DNA of 63,041 nucleotides, taken from Candidatus Kerfeldbacteria bacterium. Its GTDB lineage: Bacteria > Patescibacteriota > Patescibacteriia > SBBC01 > CAIJZX01. Shown one piece after another: positions 18,717-26,150 of this stretch. The stretch is taken from positions 1 to 63,041 of the forward strand of contig JACPSJ010000006.1 of the NCBI GenBank assembly GCA_016193315.1, in the 5' to 3' direction. The notes beneath the pieces were generated by a model. The model was not told the DNA's origin and made no database searches. It was given only the letters and a program-made list of their open reading frames with translations. A program made the position numbers and the translations under genes. Each line of letters starts with the position of its first letter. The stretch's first letter is position 1.

Positions 18717-20725
18717 ATCCTCAAGTCAGAAAACTAAGAATTCACGGTGACAATATTCTTGAGTGCGAACACGCTCTTGAATTGCTTTCTAGCTCTCTAA
18801 ATAATAAATCCCCAGAAATAAAACTCGTTGCTAGCCCACCATACGCGCCGGAGTACGAGCTTCAAACTGATTCCGGTGGAATTATTAGGGTCAAACTTTT
18901 CCCGGGCTATGGACGCTGGGAGTTTAAACTAGAAAAGTACTTGGTTTCACGAGGGGCGTCGCTACGTGAGGCTACTGATGCCTTGATAACTGAGTTAGTC
19001 TCGGACAAAGATAAGTCTTTTGAAAAACCATTGCTCGCTTTAGAATTCAGCGGGGCATTACCTGCAGGGAACAATGCTTGGCAAAGGAGTGGAAGAGCTC
19101 TAGCACTAGCCGGTAGCCATGTACCTTTTTTATACTTTGCCGAGATCGGTGGCGTTGAACTTGATTCAGCAAGAAGAATCAAAGCGCCACGATTTCCGAA
19201 TCCCCTAGTTCCATTTTCATACTTAGCGGCTGGTCAAGAGGAAGGCACTATCTGTATGCCAATCTATGCACCAAGCCCATCTATTGATCTAAAAAACCTC
19301 GAACTGTTCAAAAAATGTTTTGGTAATATTGACGCATTAGTTCTCACTAGAGCAATTATTCTTGACGATAAAAAGGGCGCTGAATCAGTAACTAAAGTAA
19401 TTCGTGAAAAAGCTAAGGAAGTCGTAAGAATACTAGCTGAACAAAGAAAAAAGAAGGATATTCTTACCCCAATTGAGTGGGTTCAACTATTAGAAAGAAA
19501 AACGGGCCTAGAGAAAGCGAAGTGGCTGATTAATCGCTCCATGAATTGGAGAAAGAAGACTGGCATTAAAGGTCTTACCCCTTCTTTTAAAAAACTGATT
19601 CTGGCTACACAAAAAATTGGTGCTTCGGCGCTTGGATCAGTTGATATGCCCATGTGTATCCTGGACGAGGCAAAAAGGACTGACTTTGCTAAAAAGGTGG
19701 GACTAATCTATAAAAACAAAGTTTCGTCGGATTTTTTGACTTGGTTAGCTCAAAATAATAAGCCACTAGCGATTGTTTGGGTAGCCGGATTCAAGCCAAG
19801 GGGTGATGATTCGCGACCGGATCGAGGTCTAACACCGTTAGTAAGAATGATTTTGGGTCAAGATGAAGTGGATATGCTTACTGTAATTTATGGACCCGCA
19901 AAGCCAAGTACATGGAAAAAACTCCGTGATGATATGTTCTCGCTCTCCCGAGATAACGGATTATGGGAAGCGATACTGCATCTTAGTAATGGCGTTATCG
20001 CAGATAGCCCAACCAATAAGCTAGGAATCGTTGGATTTAAAATACCAAAGAGAGCGTTTGAAGCAAACAATGAACCGCTTGTTGCGGCCCTAGACCTTCC
20101 AGTTTTTGGGGAACACGATATTGATTCTGTAATCCACAGTCTTTTTTCTCTGGCCGAGGAACAGGGAATATTTGAAGCAATGTGCAACCCACCCGGTGGT
20201 GATTGGAGCGGAGTTAATATTTTTGATTTTGAATCAAGAATACGTTATCGATGGACATCATTACCCAGAGTTTCCGGACCGACTACAAAAAGACCAGATC
20301 ATTTAGTGCAATTGAATGCCCTTGACCTATTACTGACGATTGAGTCTAAGGAATCTTCAAGAACGCTAGAAAAAAATATCGGACCAAGACTGATCAAGTA
20401 TGTTAAGACTTTAATTAGTATAGCCCCAAATTCTTTTAGAATTTCACTTGGTGATCCTTGGAGACCCTTTGAAACAGAGTATACAAAAAAGTTTTCTAGC
20501 TACATCTCGGGGGCAGCTATAAAGTACAAAGATGAGAACGATCTACGCGAAACCTTAAAAACCTCGCAAACAGATATAGTATTTGGTGTTGAATTTCTAC
20601 CAAAAGAACAGTCCTATAAAGTGGTCATACATTTGCAGGCCAACAAACAAGGAAGGGCAATTTTCTCAATAATAAAAAAACTATCGCGCCGATTTGGTGG
20701 CGGAGTTTCAGTAGTAGAGCACTAA
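18713..20725 (+). CDS. Putative restriction endonuclease (670 aa) with a C-terminal PD-x14-ExK nuclease motif; Type IIS-like architecture
   Basis: RPDHLVQLNALDLLLTIESK at residues 527-546 (nt about 20291-20350). The gene is translationally coupled to a C protein and converges on two methyltransferase genes. I recognise no other family. Confidence 0.55.
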   Translation: MNPQVRKLRIHGDNILECEHALELLSSSLNNKSPEIKLVASPPYAPEYELQTDSGGIIRVKLFPGYGRWEFKLEKYLVSRGASLREATDALITELVSDKDKSFEKPLLALEFSGALPAGNNAWQRSGRALALAGSHVPFLYFAEIGGVELDSARRIKAPRFPNPLVPFSYLAAGQEEGTICMPIYAPSPSIDLKNLELFKKCFGNIDALVLTRAIILDDKKGAESVTKVIREKAKEVVRILAEQRKKKDILTPIEWVQLLERKTGLEKAKWLINRSMNWRKKTGIKGLTPSFKKLILATQKIGASALGSVDMPMCILDEAKRTDFAKKVGLIYKNKVSSDFLTWLAQNNKPLAIVWVAGFKPRGDDSRPDRGLTPLVRMILGQDEVDMLTVIYGPAKPSTWKKLRDDMFSLSRDNGLWEAILHLSNGVIADSPTNKLGIVGFKIPKRAFEANNEPLVAALDLPVFGEHDIDSVIHSLFSLAEEQGIFEAMCNPPGGDWSGVNIFDFESRIRYRWTSLPRVSGPTTKRPDHLVQLNALDLLLTIESKESSRTLEKNIGPRLIKYVKTLISIAPNSFRISLGDPWRPFETEYTKKFSSYISGAAIKYKDENDLRETLKTSQTDIVFGVEFLPKEQSYKVVIHLQANKQGRAIFSIIKKLSRRFGGGVSVVEH

Positions 20726-21580
20726 CTAATAGTTTAAATAGAGGGATTCTAAGACGGGCTCTATTTTTTTGTCTTGTAGTTTCCTAAACGGTGCGTTTCC
20801 TGACTTCAGGAGCACATGTTTTTTATAAAGCCTTCTTGGAATTGATACTATAAAGGATTTAGTGCCACGTTTTCCATCATAGGACAAAGCAAATTTTATT
20901 TGTTTTTTGTTCAGATTCTCCAAGAATTTAATAAACCTCGAGTAGTCGATGGATTCAATATACCTAGATTTTGTATTGAAGTAGGGTGGGTCTAAGTAAA
21001 CAAAGTCTCCTTCTTTTACGTTTTTAGTGATCACTTCATAATCTCCACTTACAAAATGATAATTAGGTATTTTTTTAGACCACCCCCAAACAACTTTCTT
21101 AAAAGACTTGGGGGAGATACCTTTTCTTGAATGATGGAGCGAATTATTAAACTCGCCGTTTTTATTAAATCTAATTAATCCATTTACACAGGTTCTGGAT
21201 AAAAAAAGTAGGTCGTGAGGGTTTTTAGTCTTATTAAAGTTATCACGAACAGTATAAAAATATTTATACCCTTTCTTTTGTAGAAAATTCCACCTTTTTT
21301 CATACTCAGAAACTACTTCCCCCGGCGTTTTCTGAACGGCTTTCCAAATGTCGATCAGCGGTTTATATAAGTCTCCGCCAATTGCCTTTTTGGGTGTCAG
21401 AAAGCCAAGCACCGAACCACCACCCAAAAATGGTTCATAGTAAGTATTTACGTGACTCGGAAAGTAGCTAACTATTTGTTTAGCTTGAGATCGCTTACTA
21501 CCACTCCATTTTATGAGAGGTGGGAGGATCATATTAGAAAGAAGTTTGGACTTTACAATTCTCGAGTCTTTTTTTTGCAA
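20726..21580 (-). CDS. D12-class (Dam-like) N6-adenine DNA methyltransferase
   Basis: PLIKWSGSKR, EPFLGGGS (motif I) and VYLDPPY (motif IV). The likely true start is the ATG at 21532, 1 nt after the upstream stop, giving 268 aa. Confidence 0.85.
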   Translation of the reverse strand: MQKKDSRIVKSKLLSNMILPPLIKWSGSKRSQAKQIVSYFPSHVNTYYEPFLGGGSVLGFLTPKKAIGGDLYKPLIDIWKAVQKTPGEVVSEYEKRWNFLQKKGYKYFYTVRDNFNKTKNPHDLLFLSRTCVNGLIRFNKNGEFNNSLHHSRKGISPKSFKKVVWGWSKKIPNYHFVSGDYEVITKNVKEGDFVYLDPPYFNTKSRYIESIDYSRFIKFLENLNKKQIKFALSYDGKRGTKSFIVSIPRRLYKKHVLLKSGNAPFRKLQDKKIEPVLESLYLNY

Positions 21581-22988
21581 TATCTACATACTCTTTTTCT
21601 AACTCAATGCCAATATAATGCCTATTAAGCATTTTTGCGGCCACACACTCTGACCCGGCTCCTGTAAATGGGGCAAGAATAATATCCCCCTCTTTTGAGG
21701 CAACCGAGATAATCCTTTTACAAACACTTAGTGGTTTTTGGGTTGGATGTTTGCCGAATTTAGTTTCGTTAGATTCTTTATTATTTGGAATATCCCACAC
21801 GGTTCGCATTTGTTTACCTTCAGGTTTGAGAAGGTCGTTTGGACTAAAAAAGGCCTTTGCTGTTTTGTAATCGAAATAATATGATCGTTTCTTTCCAACA
21901 TGTCCCCAGAGTAAATTTTCATGACTCGCTGTCAACCTTCGGCCTGATAAATTTGGGAAGGCATTTCTTTTGTACCAAATAACCTCATTGATAATCTCGA
22001 TCTCAAGTAGTTGGAAAATTGTATTTATTACTCCAATATTGTGGTAAGTGCCAAAAACCCATATGGAGCCGGTTTCTTTCAATATTCTTTTACATTCTGA
22101 TAGCCAAGCAAAAGAAAACTCAAATAATTCTGAAAGGCTTTGATTGTCCCACGCCTCCATTACCTTATTCCATTTTCCACCGAACCCCTTGTAGCCACTA
22201 ACCGCAGACCACTGCAGCTTATTACCCTTAGAAAGATTATAAGGTGGATCGGCAATAATTAGATCAACGGACTTGCTAGGAGTTTTTTTAAGATTTTCAA
22301 TTGCATCTCCACAAACTACTTGGTCAATTGGTAACGGTCTACTTTGGACTTCTAGTTCTTGGGTAAAAGTTATTTTTGGTAGAGTTTCTATCCTAGTTTC
22401 TGTCTTAATAACATCAATTACAATTCCCTGAATATTTAAACGATCTGGCTCCAACGTAATTGGTTCATATTTTGAATTTCCGGGAATTAGCGTGACGTTG
22501 TTTCTTCCTTTAGAAAACTTTTTTAGGGTTGCTTCGCTGTTGTCTATCAGAGCCACAACCTTTTGCCCAGTTTCAGCAAAGTTTTGTCGACGTAAAATTA
22601 CAACATCGCCATCATCAATATTTTCCTCGACCATACTATCACCAGTAACTTTTAAAGCAAAAAAATCTCCGCCACGCGACAGAATTGATCGAGGGACTGT
22701 AATAGATTCTTTTTCTTCTATGGCTTCGATTGGATTCCCAGCAGCAATGGTTCCCGAAAGGGGGATGCGTACCATTTGTTCTTTTTGGTAAACATCAATG
22801 GCACGAGGCTGATTATCCTCTTTTCGTAGGTAGCCTAAATCTTCCAGTGCTCGCACATGGTGATGCGCAGTGGATACAGCAGAAAGTCCTAAATGCCTCC
22901 CAATCTCCTCTAGGGAGGGTGCGAACCCCTTTTTCTGGGTATAGGACTTAATGAAGTCCAATGCCTGTTTTTGCCGCTTGGTGAGCAT
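21534..22988 (-). CDS. Fusion protein: full-length LexA (winged HTH + S24 autopeptidase) joined to a beta-class N6/N4 DNA methyltransferase
   Basis: The N-terminal part has the LexA HTH (PSLEEIGRHLGLSAVSTAHHHVRALEDLGYL), the cleavage site IAA-GNP, the catalytic Ser in GDSM and the Lys in ATLKKF. The C-terminal part has DLIIADPPYNL (motif IV) followed by PFTGAGSE (motif I). It is a single uninterrupted 484-aa ORF. Confidence 0.85.
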   Translation of the reverse strand: MLTKRQKQALDFIKSYTQKKGFAPSLEEIGRHLGLSAVSTAHHHVRALEDLGYLRKEDNQPRAIDVYQKEQMVRIPLSGTIAAGNPIEAIEEKESITVPRSILSRGGDFFALKVTGDSMVEENIDDGDVVILRRQNFAETGQKVVALIDNSEATLKKFSKGRNNVTLIPGNSKYEPITLEPDRLNIQGIVIDVIKTETRIETLPKITFTQELEVQSRPLPIDQVVCGDAIENLKKTPSKSVDLIIADPPYNLSKGNKLQWSAVSGYKGFGGKWNKVMEAWDNQSLSELFEFSFAWLSECKRILKETGSIWVFGTYHNIGVINTIFQLLEIEIINEVIWYKRNAFPNLSGRRLTASHENLLWGHVGKKRSYYFDYKTAKAFFSPNDLLKPEGKQMRTVWDIPNNKESNETKFGKHPTQKPLSVCKRIISVASKEGDIILAPFTGAGSECVAAKMLNRHYIGIELEKEYVDIAKKRLENCKVQTSF

Positions 22989-23003
22989 AGAATAGGGGAT
23001 ATA

Positions 23004-23063
23004 TTGACTTTCGATTTATTTTCGATTACATTACTATTGTACCGGTTAAACCGGATCCGTCAA
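23004..23063. promoter_or_regulatory. Overlapping divergent promoters with candidate operators between the LexA-methyltransferase gene and the rightward genes
   Basis: Minus strand: TTGACG (23063-23058), a 16-nt spacer, TACAAT (23041-23036). The spacer holds the palindrome CCGGTT-A-AACCGG (23042-23054). Plus strand: TTGACT (23004-23009), a 17-nt spacer, TACATT (23027-23032). That spacer holds the direct repeat TTTCGATT x2. Confidence 0.5.
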
Positions 23064-23287
23064 GGACGGAGCTTATCCACATAACTGCCGAATCTATGGC
23101 ACATCCAAAGACCACTGGTCGACGGGTAGCCCGAACGGCTTCAAAACTGTTACGAAGCAGTCGAAGTCCCAAGGTGCGATCTGTTGCTGGAAGCGCTTTG
23201 AGCCAAAAACACGGACGCCGAGCAAAAAGATAACGTCGGTGTAAAAATAGGTTAATTTTCAGATATTCTTAATGTTGCATCAATCAC

Positions 23288-23524
23288 ATGACTTGGAAAG
23301 AAAAACAGGGAGATGAGCTTAAGCGGGAGGCACTAAAGCATGGATTGGCCCCCAACGAGTGGTACGACAGTAATGGAGTTCTTCGTGAAGCGGCATTACA
23401 GGAAAGATTGAGGTCTGCCAAAACCTCGCGCTTCGTCCAAAAGACCTGGATGATCGCTCTGATTTCGGCTATCGCTTCAGTAGTAAGCGCGATTGCGGCT
23501 TGGGTTGCAATTTTAAAGTCATAA
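23288..23524 (+). CDS. Small tail-anchored membrane protein (78 aa)
   Basis: Charged N-terminal two-thirds, then a single C-terminal TM helix, WMIALISAIASVVSAIAAWVAIL. Confidence 0.55.
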   Translation: MTWKEKQGDELKREALKHGLAPNEWYDSNGVLREAALQERLRSAKTSRFVQKTWMIALISAIASVVSAIAAWVAILKS

Positions 23525-23557
23525 AAAAGTTACCATCATACAACCTGCGTAAACTCC

Positions 23558-24445
23558 ATGTCTAAAAAATCTAAGAACCGTAATATCCCACAACTCCCCA
23601 GACAACTTAAGCGGCCTGAAAAGTTCCACTCATTCGCCGACTGTGTAAGCTTGTTAAAAACATCAGTTTATATGATCGTGCGCGGACGTGAGCACGATAA
23701 TAATGGTCAGAACGGAATGAGGTGGTTGACCCTAGGGTCAGGTTTTGTTGCTGGACAATATCGAATGCTGTCGGCAAGCCACGTTTTTGACGACCCTAAC
23801 AACACCGACCCGTTAGCTCACCACCAGGACACAGACAGATATTACTTGTTGAAAGTGGATGACCTTGGTCGATGGCACGCTGCGATACGGCAACTTAAGC
23901 TCAACGAAACTTTATTTTTGTACCCCGACAGAGACTTGGCAGTGCTTTATCTTGACGAAGGGTTTTATGGGGTCGACGGAAAAATGTATCACGAAAAAAA
24001 TGACTTTATTCGTATCTCCAAGGATTTTCACATCATTGGAACATCCGTGGGCATACTTGGATACCCCTTGTCCAAGCTAGAATTTGATGACTCTGATATT
24101 AACAAGCCACGTCTTGGTAATGTATTGCTCCGAGTTGACCAAGGCGTGATTAACACTCGTTACCGAATCAACGAACATCGACATCAGTACGAATTTACAA
24201 TGGCCTTCAACCCTGGCAATAGTGGCGGACCTGTGTTTGATGCAAAAACCGGACGAGCGATCTCTATCGTACATGGTTTTAGGGTTATTAATATGAGGCT
24301 GGAAGAAAAAGACCTTCCGAAAGCATTTCAGCCAAAGCAATACACTGAAAAAAGCTATCTAGAACCGTTGAACGCAAGCTACTCGGTTGGAGTTGCGACT
24401 CCATCGTTTATCGATCTTTTAGGCCAGCACAACATTACGCATTAG
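23558..24445 (+). CDS. Trypsin-like (S1/chymotrypsin-fold) serine protease
   Basis: His in SASHVF, Asp in DRDLAVLYLD and Ser in NPGNSGGPVFD, in the canonical order. No obvious signal peptide. Confidence 0.75.
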   Translation: MSKKSKNRNIPQLPRQLKRPEKFHSFADCVSLLKTSVYMIVRGREHDNNGQNGMRWLTLGSGFVAGQYRMLSASHVFDDPNNTDPLAHHQDTDRYYLLKVDDLGRWHAAIRQLKLNETLFLYPDRDLAVLYLDEGFYGVDGKMYHEKNDFIRISKDFHIIGTSVGILGYPLSKLEFDDSDINKPRLGNVLLRVDQGVINTRYRINEHRHQYEFTMAFNPGNSGGPVFDAKTGRAISIVHGFRVINMRLEEKDLPKAFQPKQYTEKSYLEPLNASYSVGVATPSFIDLLGQHNITH

Positions 24446-24508
24446 GATTTTACCTACGTATTCCGAATCTGTACTAATTCGGAATTCGTAGAAAAACTTG
24501 AAATTGTC

Positions 24509-24643
24509 GAAAAGGCGCGCCCGGGCGGCGGCTGCGGGGGCGAAGGGGCGCTAGCCGCCGCCCGCAAAATCCGTTCGAATCTGCGCGTATATACTGCACC
24601 AGTCAGTAAATGAGCGAAAATCGCGCGCGCTCGACCACCCGAT
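24509..24643 (+). repeat. Recombination-site copy C (right island end; carries the detached native 3' end and hairpin of the recombinase gene)
   Basis: The minus strand encodes IGWSSARDFRSFTDWCSIYAQIRTDFAGGG* plus the hairpin GCGGGCGGCGGCT/AGCCGCCGCCCG. The 87-bp left arm is identical to B (inverted) and the 48-bp core is identical to A (direct). Confidence 0.8.
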
Positions 24644-24680
24644 CCTTTCAGATAAGGAATAATTCTCCTACAATATTCAC

Positions 24681-25400
24681 ATGGAGATTCTTTACATCGC
24701 GCTTCTGACACTGGTCGCCGCCGCCATTGGTACGATCACTGGATTCGGGACATCGACCCTGATGATTCCGGTTTTGGCGATATTCTTGCCACCCGTGGAG
24801 GCGATATTTCTGGTGGCGATTATTCATTGGTTCGGCAACGTTTGGAAAGTCGCTCTGTTTCGCTCAGGATTTAATATTCGCCTCCTCTCCTTATTTGGCG
24901 TTATCGGCCTGGCGACGAGTTACCTCGGCGCGTATTTCTCACTTGGTACGAACGAGCACATGCTACTGCGACTCCTCGGTGCGTTTCTCGTGGGTTACGC
25001 GCTGTTATTGATGATTCGATCAAAATTAATAATTCCGGCCGGAAATGTGACAGCCCTATCCGGCGGAGCGCTGTCAGGATTTTTCGCCGGGATGTTCGGG
25101 ATCGGCGGTGCTATCCGCGGTATGTTCTTGGCGGCCTTTGATCTGCCGAAGGCGGTGTATATTGCCACGGTCGGCGCCATTGGGCTCTTGGTCGACTCAA
25201 CGCGCATCGCTACCTATTACCACGGCGGCGCCACGCTGCCGAAAGAACTCTCGTACGGATTACTCCTCTTCATTCCAATTTCGTTCGTCGGGGCACAGAT
25301 CGCCAAAAAGATCGTTGACAAAATCCCCCAGCATAGCTTTCGTGCCGTGATTGCCGCCTTTCTGTTGATCGTTGGGCTAAAACTGATCGCCTGGCCGTGA
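24681..25400 (+). CDS. TauE/SafE (TSUP) family anion exporter-like membrane protein
   Basis: 239 aa with multiple TM helices. The N-terminus LVAAAIGTITGFGTSTLMIPVL and a repeated GIGGA motif are typical of the family. Confidence 0.75.
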   Translation: MEILYIALLTLVAAAIGTITGFGTSTLMIPVLAIFLPPVEAIFLVAIIHWFGNVWKVALFRSGFNIRLLSLFGVIGLATSYLGAYFSLGTNEHMLLRLLGAFLVGYALLLMIRSKLIIPAGNVTALSGGALSGFFAGMFGIGGAIRGMFLAAFDLPKAVYIATVGAIGLLVDSTRIATYYHGGATLPKELSYGLLLFIPISFVGAQIAKKIVDKIPQHSFRAVIAAFLLIVGLKLIAWP

Positions 25401-25579
25401 AGCTTCACGCCGGCGTGCCGAAACCGGGGCGTGGGAAATACAACGTTTTTCCCCCTGAAAATCCGTCGGGATTCTCTTAGATAGTGTCCAACAACCTGAA
25501 AGCCACAAACAATCAGTCGATTTTCCCTACCGCCTGCCCGGCCTGCCCGAGCAGCCCGAAGTGTTTGCCCGCGCACCAG

Positions 25580-25604
25580 CCCCGCACCAGTGCTCGGTGC
25601 GGGG
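25580..25604. terminator. GC hairpin CCCCGCACC/GGTGCGGGG between convergent genes (same stem recurs at 52749-52780)
   Basis: 9-bp perfect stem with a 7-nt loop, lying between the TauE-like gene (+) and the 86-aa ORF (-). No clear U-tract, so terminator function is uncertain. Confidence 0.4.
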
Positions 25605-25670
25605 CGGATGCGGGGTTTCGCCGCGCCCGGTCCGGCGTGGTGCCGCCAACTCCTGTTGGCGGGGCTCCAC

Positions 25671-25931
25671 TTATGCCCCGATGTTGAAAACGTCGATTTT
25701 TTCTTCGGGCAGAACGAGGAAGCTGAGGTCCGGCCGTTTGATCATGAGGTACGGCTTGTCCTTGACGTAGAATGTCGTTTGGCCGGTGCGCTTGGCCTCA
25801 AAGATTAGTCGCTCCAAGATAATTCGGCTAGTGGAGCGGAGAAATTCCATCGCTTCCCGGTCACCCTTCATATGGTGAACGACGATATATCCCTCCTCGG
25901 TATCGCGTTTGAATGATTGGGTGTTTTCCAT
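25671..25931 (-). CDS. Hypothetical small protein (86 aa)
   Basis: Balanced, non-repetitive composition and a candidate TATATA -10 upstream. No clear SD and no recognisable family. Confidence 0.45.
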   Translation of the reverse strand: MENTQSFKRDTEEGYIVVHHMKGDREAMEFLRSTSRIILERLIFEAKRTGQTTFYVKDKPYLMIKRPDLSFLVLPEEKIDVFNIGA

Positions 25932-25990
25932 CAGGCTGTCGATGAGGTGTCAGTACTATATAGTCTTTTCGCTTTTTCAACAAGCTAATC

Positions 25991-26018
25991 TTGACAGGTC
26001 GTCAGCGTCGGGTATACT
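25991..26018 (+). promoter_or_regulatory. Sigma70-type promoter upstream of the lamin-tail-domain protein gene
   Basis: TTGACA (25991-25996), a 16-nt spacer, TATACT (26013-26018). The leader contains the 9-bp GAAA-capped hairpin GGTGGTTCC-GAAA-GGAGCCACC. Confidence 0.6.
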
Positions 26019-26150
26019 GAAACCATAGACAAATTTTGGTGGTTCCGAAAGGAGCCACCGAAATGTTATCTACGAATAGTAAAAACCTATCGCGCGGATT
26101 GGGCCGCGAGGGCTACGAACCCACAAATAGGAGAGACTACGAATCTACGA

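Larger units (their letters stand above)
16704..24643. mobile_element. About 7.9-kb AT-rich integrated island at the 3' end of tRNA-Leu, bounded by identical 48-bp direct repeats
   Basis: GCACCAGTCAGTAAATGAGCGAAAATCGCGCGCGCTCGACCACCCGAT occurs at 16704-16751 and 24596-24643. The interior is visibly AT-rich relative to both flanks. It encodes a serine recombinase, an R-M module and a protease pair. Confidence 0.8.

Noticed and set aside
23096-23233. 45-codon ORF (MAHPKTTGRRVARTASKLLRSSRSPKVRSVAGSALSQKHGRRAKR) in the island switch region.
   Set aside because: It lacks an SD, is very basic and low in complexity, and is below the ORF-track threshold. It might be a real small DNA- or RNA-binding peptide, but the sequence alone gives no support.
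24463-24489. Palindrome ATTCCGAAT-N8-ATTCGGAAT just after the protease stop, as a possible terminator or island-end inverted repeat.
   Set aside because: No U-tract follows and no partner copy exists at the other island end. The island boundary is better explained by the 48-bp direct repeats.
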